Counted from the whole stretch's first letter, positions 36,721-49,360 are shown. The stretch: 62,389 bases of DNA, filler included, from Chiloscyllium plagiosum (GCF_004010195.1; 4 parts of one record of this genome joined end to end with filler, not necessarily neighbours in it), one strand, 5' to 3'. Translations and numbers: made by a program. Notes: generated from the sequence alone by a model not told the origin.

Positions 36721-36809
36721 GCCTCTGCTCATGTAGTCATTCCTTGAATTCCTTGGACATATGAATGAGACAGTTCATAATGACCTCTATTGTTGGAGAG
36801 TAATCTGTA

Positions 36810-37097
36810 GGGGAGGTGGTGAGTAGTGGCAATTGCATTGGATAGGGTAATCCAAGGTCCTACCTACCATTCTAGGGACATGGGCCCAAATCCAAACATG
36901 GCTGATGGGAAATTTGAATTCAATAACATCTGGAATTAAAATTAGCCAAATGGTGACCAAATAACCATTGCCAATCATTACAAAAACCCATCTGGTTCAC
37001 TAATTCCCTTTGTGGAAGGATATCTGCAATCCTTCTTGGTTTGGTCTTCAAATGGCTGCAGACGCAGGTTGACTCCTAACTGCTCTCTGAAATGGCT
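36810..37097 (+). mobile_element. Old tRNA-headed SINE, family not assigned
   Basis: Body ...GAAATTTGAATTCAATAA..CTGGAATT...AAAAACCCATCTGGTTCACTAA...GGAAGGA.ATCTGC, which I recognise as a common shark SINE body. Confidence 0.5.
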
Positions 37098-37782
37098 GCT
37101 TCATCAAAGACCATCCCTCCATCAGAAATGTGGACTTTTCTGATGATTTCACAATGTTCAGCACCAATCACGAATTCTGATGTGGAGCTCTACATATGCA
37201 GCAAGGATATAACATCCAGTCTTGGGCTGATAAATGGCAAGTGACAATTATGCAACACAAATGCGAGGCAATAACCATCTCCATAAGACAGAAATCTTAC
37301 CATTCTTTCTTGACATTCAACAGCTGCACCATCACTGAATCTTCCACTATCAACATCTTGGGGGTTACCATTGACCAGATACTAAACTTGGCCAACCATG
37401 TAAATACTGAGTTACAAAAGCAGGTTAGAAGATATAAATTCTGCAGCAAATAACTTACTTCCTGTGTCCCTAGTAGGTGTCCATCATCTGTAAGATACAG
37501 GTCAGGAGTGTGGTGGAATACACATGGATGAGTGCATCTCCAACCACACTGAAGAAGCTTGTCACCATCCTGCAAAGCAGCACACCTTATTGGCACTGTC
37601 TCCACCATCTTCAATATCCATTCCTTTCAGAACAAAGTAGAGTGGTAGCAGACTGTACCATCTACAAGACGCACTGCAGTAATTCACCAAGGCTGCTTCA
37701 ACAGCACCTTTCAAGCCTACAATCTGTATAACCTAGCAGAAACAAGGATGACAACTGCATGGGAACACAATCACCTGCAAAT
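37098..37782 (+). mobile_element. CR1/L2-group LINE RT C-terminal relic (second family)
   Basis: Reads NIQSWADKWQVT..KC, ILGVTIDQ.L and CKIQVRSVVEY. Confidence 0.75.
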
Positions 37783-38005
37783 TTCTGGATCAGTGGTGCT
37801 GGAAGAGCACAGCAGTTCAGGCAGCATCCAAGGAGCTTCGAAATCGACGTTTTGGGTAAAAGCCCTTCATTAGGAATAAAGGCAGTGAACCTGGAGCGTG
37901 GAGAGATAAGCTAGAGAAGGGTGGGGGTGGGGAGAAAGTAGCATTGAGTACAATGGGTGAATGGGGGAGGGGATGAAGGTGATAGGTCAGGGAGGAGAGG
38001 GGGAA
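37783..38005 (-). mobile_element. PLE tail with a decayed hammerhead, running into a gap
   Basis: Minus strand reads attcCTAATGAagggcttttacccAAAAcgtcgatt, preceded by the C-rich UTR. Confidence 0.78.
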
Positions 38006-38105
38006 NNNNNNNNNNNNNNNNNNNNNNNNNNNNNNNNNNNNNNNNNNNNTTAATTAATTAANNNNNNNNNNNNNNNNNNNNNNNNNNNNNNNNNNNNNNN
38101 NNNNN

Positions 38106-39430
38106 ATCAACTGGTTTACTCTCATCTACCTGTTTGGTCACCTTCTCAAAGAACTCAATAAGGTTTGTGAGGCATGACCTACCCTTCACAAAACCGTGCT
38201 GACTATCCCTAATCAAATTATTCTTTTCTAGATGATTATAAATCCTATCTCTTATAACCTTTTCCAACACTTTACCAACAACTGAAGTAAGGCTCACTGG
38301 TTTATAATTACCAGGATTATCTCTACTCCCCTTCTTAAACAGGGGAACCACATTTGCTGTCCTCCAGTCTTCTGACACTATTCCTGTAGACAATGACGAT
38401 TTAAAGATCAATGCCAAAGGCTCGGCAATCTCCTCTCTGGCTTCCCAGAGGATCCTAGGATAAATCCCATCCGGCCTAGGGGACTTATCTATTTTCACAC
38501 TCTGCAGGATTTCTAATGCCTCTTCCATGTGAACCTCAATCACACCTGGTCTCGTAGCCTGTATCTCAGTATTCTCCTTAACAACATTGTCATTTTCTAG
38601 AGTGAATATTGTCGAAAAATATTCATTTAATGCACACCCTATCTCCTCTGACTCCACACACAACTTCCCACTACTATCCTTGATTGGTCCTAATCTTACT
38701 CTCGTCATTCTTTTATTCCTTAAATACCTGTAGAAAGCCTTAGGGTTTACCCTGATCCTATCCACTAACAACTTCTCATGTCTCCTCCTGGCTCTTCTGA
38801 GCTCTCTCTTTAGGTCTTTCCTGGCTACCTTGTAACCCTCAAGCGCCCTAACTGAGCCTTCACATCTCATCCTAACATAAGCCTTCTTCTTCCTCTTGAC
38901 CAGAGATTCCACTTCCTTCGTAAACTACGGCTCCCACGCTCGACAGCTTCCTCCCTGCCAGACAGGTACATACTTATCTAGGACACACAGGAGCTTTTCC
39001 TTGAATAAGCTCCACATTTCTAATGTGCCTATCCCCTGCAGTTTTCTTCCCCATCCAATGCTTCCTAAATCTTGCTTAATCGCATCGTAATTGCCTTTCC
39101 CCCAGCTGTAACTCTTAGTGGTATACTCCTATCCCTTTCTATCACTAAAGTAAACATAACAGAATTGTGATCACTATCACCAAAGTGCTCACCTACTTCC
39201 AAGTCTAACATCTGGCCGGCTCATTACCCAGTACCAAATCTAATGTGGCTTCGCCCCTTGTTAGCCTGTCTACATACTATATCAGGAAGTCCTCCTGCAC
39301 ACACTGGACAAAAACTGACCCATATATAATACTCGTACTATAGTGTTTCCAGTCAATATTTGGAAAGTTGAAGTCCCCCATGACAACTACCTTGTTTCTC
39401 TCACTCCTATCGAGAATCATCTTTGCCATT
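38106..39430 (-). mobile_element. CR1 ORF2 (endonuclease C-terminus to RT N-terminus)
   Basis: ORF 38058-38912 reads NPKAFYRY, DKSPRPDGIYPRIL and QHGFVKGRSCLTNLIEFF. Upstream are VVVMGDFN and SDH. Confidence 0.92.
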
Positions 39431-40309
39431 GTCAGCCTTTTAGATCCAGTGTAAGTAGCCAGGATAAGTGGTAAGTGAGTTGGGGAGCTCCACTGAGGTC
39501 AGTCAAGGGTGTGCTCATTCATAAGTCTTATCTGTCTTTCCAAGATTGTCAAGAGGTTGGACCATGGTCATTTTGGGCTTTGGGTTGGGGAAATCTATTC
39601 ATTGATATCCAAGAAGAGACTATCAAGGGGGCGTTGGTGTGGTGGAGAAGTCAGTTGAGGAGTTTGGAGGTATCATGCTGAGATGCAGAGAGGATTATAA
39701 TTGTAATCAACTTAAAAAGACAATCATGCATGGGAGAGCAAAACATATTGCAAGAGGGAGTTATCGATGGTATCGATTGGGGGGCAGGGGTGCACAGTGC
39801 ATAATTCTATTTGGCATAACTAAGCTATACAGCTAAGGCTAGGGGTAAAGTGGGGAGATGAGCAATTAATCAAAAGAGTTAGAAGGGAAAGTGGCAAAAA
39901 TCAAACTCAATATGGTTGACAGAAGTGCAACACAAAGAAAAATGAAGGTTTTGGGGTTCACAGAGGGAGAGGCTGAACCTGTGACTGACTTGCTGAAGCA
40001 TTACCTCCCATCCTCAACCAATTCACAAATGCACAATTGAAATGAAAACTGATTGCTACCACACATGGCTGTGTTTCTCTTCTGAGGGAGAGAGCTCAGC
40101 CTTTGAGCAATATGAGACCCTTTAACAGACAAAAGCATTAAACAGACACTCACACAATCCATGCTAGAGACATCTACTATCATATAATTCTACTTGTGGA
40201 CCTCATGCATTGACTAACTGTCTTGATTATAAGTCTTGCAGAAACAATCTTGACCATATCAGTAGACATCACAAATTAATTGTGGTAAAAGCTTATGATT
40301 ACAAGTTTG

Positions 40310-40395
40310 AAGAAGGGCTTATGCCCGAAACGTCGATTCTCCTGTTCCCTGGATGCTGCCTGACCTGCTGCGCTTTTCCACAACACATTTTCAGC
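40310..40395 (+). mobile_element. 86-bp PLE-tail micro-insertion with a perfect 16-bp TSD
   Basis: TATGATTACAAGTTTG at 40294-40309 and 40396-40411 flanks AAGAAGGGCTTATGCCCGAAACGTCGATTC... Confidence 0.9.
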
Positions 40396-41217
40396 TATGA
40401 TTACAAGTTTGTCAGGTAAACATTTCACCTTGGTCTCACAATTTACAATCACCTTCCAAGTTTTTATAACCTGTCTAGGAGCTGTTCACTTCATACTATG
40501 GACTATAAAATGTCCACACCACTATCTAACATTCTTGAATGTAGGTGAGTATTGCAAGCAGAAGTTCTCATTATTGCTACCACACATACAAACCCCTACT
40601 GCTTGCATGCCAAATGTCTTGAGCAGCAAATATTTGAATCAGGGCACTGAAGTACAAGGTCCTTGTAGGGGCCTTCGTCATGTTCCAGTGTTTTGAGGCT
40701 GCTGTTTAAATGTTATTTCTGTGTATTGTGACTACTGAATGATCATATTACTATGGAGCTGCTTAGTTTCTGATTTTGGGACATTTGCTAATTGGAACCA
40801 TTCCCAACGGATCCAGGTGCAGAAGTTGCTGTCGTATCTGTGGCAGCTGCATTTGGTGTCTACACAAATGGATGAGAAACGTATGCATCTGAAAGTCCAA
40901 GACGAGAATCGGTTTCCAGCAGATGTGGTGAAACATCCCAATGTGGAGTTTCCAACCATTGGTGTACTCAGTTGCAGTGAAGATACAGGAGAGTCAGTTG
41001 TTCATTTTCCAGGGAATGTCATACAGATAGAAGAGGTTTCTATTCTCTGTTCAGAGATGGTGGTCAGATCACCATGTCATGACATTTAGAGTATCTGCAA
41101 TGCAACTACTTCTAATGCTGCATAAGATGTGTCCTCCACATTAGGTTCCCTCGCAGGTTGTGTTTATGGGATTGAAACAATACCATGCAGACAGAGAAGA
41201 CACTAATCTATGGAAAC

Positions 41218-43205
41218 TGTGGGATGGGCGAGTCCAGAACTAGAGGGTATAGACCATAAGACCATAAGACATAGGAGTGGAAGTAAGACCATTCGGCCCA
41301 TCGAGTCCACTCCGCCATTCAATCATGGCTGATGCGCATTTCAGCTCCACTTACCAGCGTTCTCCCCGTAGCCCTTAATTCCTCTAGACAACAAGAATCT
41401 ATCAATCTCGGCCTTGAAGACATTTAGCGTCCACTGCACTCCGTGGCAATGAGGCAATGAATTCCACAGGCCCACCACTCTCTGGCTGAAGAAATGCCTC
41501 CACATTTCTGTTCTGAAATGACCCCCTCTAATTCTAAAGCTGTGCCCAAGGATTCTAGAATCCCCACCTAACAGAAACAAAAACCCAGCATCCACCCTTT
41601 TCAAGCCATGCATTCTATTGTAAGTTTGTATTGGATGTCCCCTCAATGTTCTAAACTCTAATGAATACAATCTCAGGATCCTCATCAGTTCATCATATGT
41701 TAGGCCTAGCATTTCAGGGGTCATCCGTTTGAATCTCCACTGGACATGCTCCAGTGCCAGTATGTCCTTCCTGAGGTGTGAGACCCAAAACTGGACACAA
41801 TATTCTAAATGGGGCCTAACCAGAGCTTTATAAAGTCTTAGTAGTACATCTCTGCTTTTATATTCCAACCCTCTTGAGATAAGAGACAACATTGCATTCG
41901 CTTTCTTAATCACGGACTCAACCTGCATGCTTACCTTTAGAGAATCCTCGACTAGCACTCACAGATCCCTTTGTGCTTTGGCTTTATTAATTTTCTCACC
42001 ATTTAGAAAGTAGTCTATGCTTTTATTATTTTTGCCAAAGTGCAAGACCTCGCACTTGCGCACGTTAAATTCCATCAGCCATTTCCTGGACCACTCTCCC
42101 AACCGGTCTAGATCCTTCTGTAGCCTCCCCACCTCCTCAGTACTACCTGCCTGTCCACCTAACTTCGTATCATCGGCAAAATTCGCTAGAATGCCCCCGG
42201 TTCCCTCATCCAAATCATTAATATATAATGCGAACAGCTGTGGCCCCAGCACCGAACCCTGCGGGACACCGCTCGTCACCGGCTGCCATTCTGAAAAAGA
42301 ACCTTTTGTCCCACCTCTCTGCCTTCTGTTAGACAGCCAATCCTCAGTCCATCCCAGCAGCTCACCTCGAACACCATGGGCCCTCACCTTGCTCAGCAGC
42401 CTCCCGTGTGGCACCTTATCAAAGGCCTTTTGAAAGTCTAGATTGACCACATCCACTGGGTTTCCCTGGTCTAACCTACTTGTTACCTCTTCAAAAAATT
42501 CCAACAGGTTTGTCAGGCATGACCTCCCTTTACTAAATCCATGTTGACTCGTTCTAATCAGACTCTGCTCTTCCAAGAATTTAGAAACCTCATCCTTAAT
42601 GATGGATTCTAGAATTTTACCAACAACCGAGGTTAAGCTGATTGGCCTATAATTTTCCATCTTTTGCCTTGATCCTTTCTTGAACAAGGGGGTTACAACA
42701 GCCATCTTCCAATCATCCGGGACCTTTCCTGACTCCAGTGACTCTTGAAAGATCTCAACCAATGCCTCTGCTATTTCCTCAGCCACCTCTCTCAGAACTC
42801 TAGGGTGTATCCCATCGGGGCCAGGAGATTTATCAATTTTCAGACTTTTTAACTTTTCTAGCACTATCTCTTTCGTAATGGCAACCATACTCAACTCAGC
42901 CCCGTGACACCCTTTAATTTTTGGGATATAGGTTTAGAGTGAGAGGGGAAAGGCATAAAAGAGGCCTAAGGGGCAACTTTTCACGCACAGGGTGGTACAT
43001 GTATCGAATGAGCTGCAAGAGGAAATAGTGGAGGCTAGTACAATTGCAACATTTAAAAGGCATCAGGATAGGTATATGAAAAGGAAGGATTTGAAGGGAT
43101 ATGGGCAGGTGGGACTAGATTGGGTTGGGATGTCTGGTCGGCAAGGATGAGTTGGACCGAAGGGTCTGTTTCTGTGCTGTACATCTCTATGACTATGACT
43201 CTATG
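41218..43205 (+). mobile_element. CR1 3' end (outer element) split by a younger CR1
   Basis: GAGTCCAGAACTAGAGGGTATAG (to about 41251) resumes as TATAGGTTTAGAGTGAGAGG (about 42927), matching the uninterrupted copy at about 26223-26260. Confidence 0.85.
41252..42926 (-). mobile_element. Young 5'-truncated CR1 with a complete RT domain
   Basis: ORF 41959-42894 has [25 protein letters not shown] and FADD. It is in frame with 41341-41958 across one TGA. The tail is (TCTTATGG)n. Confidence 0.95.
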
Positions 43206-43299
43206 AAACATTCACAACCTCTGATACTCCCTCATTCACTCATTCATGACATGCCAGTGATATGTTCAGCAGAATGTACTCCTACTCTCCTCTAACGTA

Positions 43300-44222
43300 C
43301 CCACCAAGACATCAGTATCTGAGCTGATGGAGGGTGCAGGTGAGAGCCTTGCTGGTGCATCCTCTGAGGAATCTGTGGCTTCTTCCTCAGAGGTGGAGGA
43401 GATGATGTCCGGAAGGTTGGTCTCTTCAGAGCAGATGCTGTGCAGATGACACTGGTGCCTACAGAAGACAGGGGGGGGAGTAGGATTATAAGTTTGTGCA
43501 TGTTAAGACTGCATTCAACAGTGGTGGTAATAGGAGTACAGTGCAGCTCTTGATAATGAACTGCCAGTTGTAGATGTTTTGATGCAACCACATGAGAGCT
43601 TACTGACCTCTCCAACTAAGGCAAGGATTCTCATTTCGTAGATGAAGTGATAGATGTTGGCATCCCACACTACTTGGCTCGAACCACACTATTGTGGAGT
43701 GAGGAGATAAATGTGAGCAATTGTGGGTTTGAGACTCTCTCTGATTATCGGCTGTTTTCTCCTGGAATAAGAAATGGAAGGGATTGAGTAATGTGAAAGT
43801 GGCTGGCACAGCTCACGGTGCTAGTACAGGTGGGGTAAAGGTGGTGAAGTGTTCTGAATGAGTGAGTAGGCAGTGCAGAAGTGTGTGCAGGATTGCAATT
43901 TTTAGTGTTTGAGAGTGATTTGGAAGATGTGATTGTTACAGTGGTGAACCGTGAACCTGGGAAGTGGCTGTAGTGGCAGAGTTAAGAGTAAGTGTGACGT
44001 TATACAGGGAAAATGCAGTTACCCTCGCAGTGATCAGAAGGCCATTAACTTTATTCCTGCATTGCTGGACATCACACTGACATGGATGGAAACTTCAAAC
44101 CAGGCTGGCAAGGTCTGGCGCCATGTCTACTCTGGTGGTCCTGAGAGAACAACAGTCCTTCCTGTCTATCCCATCCACCAGGACTCCAGGTTCCTATTGG
44201 TGAAGCGGGATGCATCTTTCAT
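43300..44222 (-). pseudogene. Decayed, intron-containing Myb/SANT-like DNA-binding gene of a PIF/Harbinger transposon
   Basis: Exon 44222-44023, read through frameshifts: MKDASRFTNRNLE/LVDG..LLF/QTLPAWFEVSIHVSV/QQCRNKVNGLLITAR. A GT..AG intron spans 44022-43762. The next exon reads EKTA.../YEMRILALVGE. A third exon from 43458 is acidic and Ser/Pro-rich. Confidence 0.68.
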
Positions 44223-45956
44223 TTCTCATCCATGTCATTTAGAATAATACAGCAAAACACTGTGAATGGCAGTTACTGGCTTTTGACCTGATGCTCAAAT
44301 GGGTCTTAACTATAGCGCTGATGGCAAGAATCCTGTAAGGTCATGGCAGCAATGAGTACTTACATCATTGCTGATCTCAACATAGTGTGAGAGTAGTGCC
44401 ACAGAGGCATGGTGTATACATAATGAGGTGAGCAGTGGACAATTGTGTGCTTTAACTTAGCAGAGCTCAAGGAGAGAAAACCCCCATGAAACTCTGCAGT
44501 TGAAACTCTGAAACCCTTAAAATCAGACAGAGAGATTTGCGGCAGAAGATCCACTGGAGGTAGTGATGCTTCCAGTCTGAAGAGAAGGACTGTTTTTGGG
44601 ATAGCCACCAAGCTGATCAAAGGAACAATATGGAGAATAAAAATACCAAGAAGCTATTCAATATCATTTCAATTATGCTCAGAAGATTGAGTGTAGGAAA
44701 TTTCTTCAGAAGGGCATAGGACAATTCATGCTGGTAGAACAGGCAGAGAGTTTCTGCTAAAGCCAGCTGAAGCTTGGCATTTTTAATACAAAAGTGAATT
44801 TTTGCTGACAGTGTGATGTATCATATGATCATATGATTTTTATATTGATGAGAATTTAAGTTTCTTACAGCAAATGTTTATAAATGTGAAAATTTGATGT
44901 GTAGTTGATTTGTGTTTGTCACGAGGGAAATCATGTCTCTTTTCAAAAGTTCAGTCCCTTATACATATTATAGCACTCAATTAACATATTAGGCATCTTT
45001 CTTTTCTTTTTTGGCTATCTTCTCCCATTTCTATTTCATGAATTTGAACTTCCCTGACTCTGTCAATGCTAAACTTTGGCTTTCAATCTAAATTTATTAA
45101 ATGGTCAGAACTGCATCTTGACTGATAAGTCTTCATCAAAGTGTTTGGGTCATATTGATTTCCTGGTGGATTTTGAGATACAAGTTCCAGTTTCTTTGCA
45201 GCTTTTACTTTCTGACTTTCACTTTCTGACTGCAGCAGAAATTTGCAACCATTAAAGAATTATCATGTTCTTGTTTCATCAGATTTCCTCTTTCAAACAA
45301 ATTAAAATCAAATAAAACCAACAGAATTTCCAACCTCCATGAGATACGTGAGTGTACCTGGCCTCTGCCACAATGAAATCATATACTTTTCTTTAATGCA
45401 TCAGTGGATTTTCATTATCAAATCTGACCAGCACTGAACGCTAGATTTCACACTTGTTCAAAAAAAGGTTTGCAGTTGGTGCCAAGCTTAAGCAAGCTAA
45501 AAAACTTAGTCTTGCAGCATATTTAAGCATCAACTCACAAGATGAGCAATCTGTTCTAATCTGTGGGGTTATTCTTTAAAACAGTAAATTAATTAGCCTG
45601 TGTCAAAATGGAGAGAAGGGTAACATCTGCCTTTCTTATTATTAAGACCTATTCGCAATCTGAACACATTATTCAAAGCACCATTCGATATTGGATGATA
45701 TGGTGGTACCAGATCATGTTTGGCTTCATTCTTACTCAATTATTTCAAACTCTAAGATCAACCATGGGCTGTAATCTGACGCTATTACCCTCATACACCA
45801 ATAAACTTTAAAACAAGTTCTCGAAGCCTCAGTAGTTTTGTTATGAATCATTGTGCATAAACGCAACATTTACCCATTTACCATAGTTATTTACGAAGCA
45901 CAGAATGGTTTCTGCAGACAAGTTACTCACATGTTAGCTACTAGGTAACTGCTATG

Positions 45957-46133
45957 ATTTGGAGATGCCAGTGTTGGACTGGGGTGTACAAAGTTAAAAA
46001 TCACAAACACCAGGTTATAGTCCAACAGGTTTAATTGGAAGCACACTAGCTTTCGGAGCGTCGCTCCTTCATCAAGTGGTAGCCTGACTATCACCTGATG
46101 AAGGAGCGACGCTCCAAAAGCTAGTGTGCTTCC
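45957..46133. mobile_element. Palindromic PLE-tail element with two opposed hammerhead cores, 14-bp TSD
   Basis: TSD AGGTAACTGCTATG at 45943-45956 and 46134-46147. Arms at about 46036-46082 and 46088-46134 read cac-(C/T)TGATGA-a-ggagc(gac)gctcc-(G/A)AAA-gcta-gtg. Confidence 0.88.
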
Positions 46134-48659
46134 AGGTAACTGCTATGTCTTTAGTTGAAACATACAGGGCTTGGCATCCAATTTCCATATTTCTGACATT
46201 TACCTGGCTAGCACTGGAGTATCAATTGTTTTGTTGCCAAAGACATTTCAAGGAAATCATTGAAGCATTATTCAGCAAAGCCAATATATCATTAAAATTT
46301 ACTACTGACACATGGCAGCAATTTGGGAGAGCAGCACAATTCTTCAGGTTAATTGGTTTTCCAGGAAACAGATCACTTCACAAAATAACTTAGGTTTGCT
46401 TAGCATCTTTACCAAAACCTTATAGATGTGCAATCACCATTAAGCCTGATATGATTGCCCTGACGATAGTGCATCGGAAATTGGCATAGATGCTGCCAGA
46501 ACTGAACATCAGGAAAGCTTAGATAAGCTGTTCATGGTCTTAACATTTTCACAAGTGTTCATTGTTGCTGTTGGTGTAGACAATGGTCTGTCTGCATCCA
46601 TTCTGGTAATCTCCTCAAGTGTTTGAGACCCATTAAAAACCAAGGCTCTCCTTTATGATGGAGCGTTGTTTTTGACATGCATTTCATTTATTTGGAGAAT
46701 AAACTTGTATGGCCGCTGAATGAGGAAAGGCCCTACCTTGAAGTCGCTTGGCTACTTTAAATGTTTGAAGTTCAGAGCTGCAAACACAGGCTGACTTATT
46801 AAAATAGTGTTTGCTTTTTCAAAAATCTGATGAACATTTCTCAGTCCATATTATCTTTGCTTTTTACTGTTGTAGCTCTCTTAGCAGAATCGTTGTTATG
46901 CTGATGTTTATGACCAACTTTCTGTAGAGTTCACCACACTCCAAAGGATCTCATGATTTCCTATTTTGTAGTGGGACTAGGGAACTGTGCTGCTGCTCGT
47001 ACCTTTATAGCACTGGGCAGTATGTGTCCTTGACGCACAAAATGTTTTAGATAGGTCACTCAGGTTTTAGCAGACTTCCTCTTTGAATTCAGCTGATCGT
47101 ATTTCCTGGTAGAGGGCTTCAAATTACTCTAAGTGCATTTCCCCAGTGTCACTGGGTCATCTAGGTATATTACACAATTAGATTTGCCTTTCACTGTCTG
47201 GTTCTTTATCCTTTGCAATGTATCTAGGCAATTTACGAATCTAAAGGTCATACTTCAACACTAGTATAATGCATCTAGAGATTCAAAAGCAATGATTTCT
47301 TTTGTGTGGACATTCAAGGGAAACTGTTATTACCCTTTGAGTAAATCTATCTTGGTAATGAAAACTGCTTTACCTATCGTATCCATTCAGTCTTTCAGCT
47401 GGTGCATCGGGAATGAGTTAGCTCTGGTCACTGCACTCACTTTTCTACACTCAATGCAGTGCTTTGTGAAGCTGGTCAGTTGGGCACAAACATTTGTGAG
47501 CTCCAGCTACTACTGCTGGGCTCTACTGGTGCTCCAGAAGGATGTAGTTAATCTCCTTCTGAATCTGGGCCTACCTTCTCCTTGCTTCCAGGTCTGTGAG
47601 GGGTCTCCATTTCCACATCAGCACCTCATTTACTATAGTAGCATTCAGAGACTGCTTCTGCCTCAGCTACAGAGTGAGTAGTTTGAGCTCATGTTTTTAA
47701 AACAGTGGATCAAAAGTTTGATGCTACTAAGGAAGTTCTTTTCATTACCACTTTAGGAATCTTTTAGACCCCAAAAAGATGTTTTCAAATAATCAATTTG
47801 GCAGGTTTCTTTTTTCTTTTTTCATGGAATGTGGGCATCACTGGCTAGGCTAACATTTATTGCCCTGTTTGCACCACTGACTGAGTTGGTCTAGCCTTGG
47901 ACTAAATACATCAACATGGAAAATGCAGTTCCTGCAGCTGTTCAGTCTCTCTAACCCCAGCAGACATTTTCAAACTGGCTGAGTACACTGTCACCTTTGA
48001 TCCTGTCAGATCCTTGCTGAGGGGTATGTCGGCCTGTCAACAGACAAAGTGGGGATGACCCCCACGGTCACTGTTCCAGACACAAAGTTGCTTACCATAA
48101 ACATCCAGTAAAGGGGAATGAGCATTTATCCTCAGTCAACCCCTTTTACCAGCACTCAGTGCACTTATACACTTGCACCATCTTTGAGAAACCCTTGTGC
48201 TCCCTGACAAATATTGGCAATCGGGCATTGCCCTCACTGACAACGTAATGACACTACAGCCACATTGCTCCCTGATTCATACAATGCTATTCTCTCACCC
48301 TAGCCACTGTTTAATTACCAGGCAATGCATTTTACCTGTCCTTAGCTACATCCCAACTAAACACCCTCCCCTTGCCAGTGCTGTATGGTCACCCACATCT
48401 GGACACTGTCGTTAAGGGGGACATCACATACAGGCAAACATTGGAACATAAACAAGCATGAGCTTTTATTGACAGTTACAGCAAAAAGGAACACAAAGGA
48501 AATGAGGACAGGCTGCAGTTCTCACCCACAATGCTGGTATGACAAAGAGTCACCAGAATGGAAACATTAAATCTGCTTTCTCTCCACAGATGTTGCCAAA
48601 CCTGTCAAATTTTGCCAGCAATTTCTGAATTTGTTTCAGATCTCTTGCTTGTATCTTAA

Positions 48660-49360
48660 CTTTGACAATCTATGATGGACTTCTGCCCCCAGCTGGCATC
48701 ACCTGGAACTGGTATCAATGAGGTCCTCTCTGTGTTGTAGCACGTGATGGAACGGAACTCTGTCATCCCCAAGGAGAGCATCCTCCAACTCAGTATTCTG
48801 CTCCTTTTCCTGGGATGACTGTTCCCATTTCCCTGCTCTTTCAGCATCAATTTCAGCGCTTTTTTGCCTGATTGAATCATAGAAACCCTACAGTGTGAAA
48901 GAGTGTATTGATACTGCACTGACTCTCCGAACAGCATCTCATCCAGACCTGTCTCCCTACCCTATCCCTGTAACCCCACATTTCCCATGGGTAATCTATC
49001 TAGTCTGCTATCCCTGGACACTACAGAGCAAATTCAGCATGGCCAATCTACCTAACCTACCCATATTTGGACTATGAGAGGAAACTTGACCATCCAGCGG
49101 AAACTAACACAGACACAGGGAGAATGTGCAAACTCCACACAGACAGTCACCCAAGACTGAAAGCTAACCCAGATCCCTGGCATTATGAGGCAGCAGTGCT
49201 AACCACTGAGCCACCATGCCGCAGAACACAGCATGCCAGGAAGATGTGGCACACTCCAGACCATTCTAGAGTACTCTCCCAGACTACTCCAAGCTGTGGG
49301 ACTGCACCTTGAGCAGCTCTATTGTGTGCTCTGGCATGTTTTGGTCACAGCATGGACACC
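48660..49360 (-). pseudogene. Harbinger (HARBI1-like) transposase C-terminal relic, interrupted by a SINE
   Basis: Reads HAVTKT/EHTIELLKVQSHSLE*SGRVL*/CHIFLACCVL-[SINE]-HD...REDLI. This resembles the Harbinger DDE C-terminus (TR..IE..G.LK.RF..L....G.L.Y.P....II.ACC.LHN). Confidence 0.62.
48877..49221 (-). mobile_element. HE1-like V-SINE
   Basis: GGCATGGTGGCTCAGTGGTTAGCACTGCTGCCTCA head, V-domain and CACACTGTAGGGTTTCTATGATTC tail. Confidence 0.88.

Noticed and set aside
45959..45986. TTGGAGATGCCAG resembles the complement of the tRNA-Ala 3' end (possible primer-binding site)
   Set aside because: The match is only about 11 nt, lacks the CCA complement and has no LTR. It is better explained as a variant of the CCAGCATCTGCA motif common to the PLE tails here.
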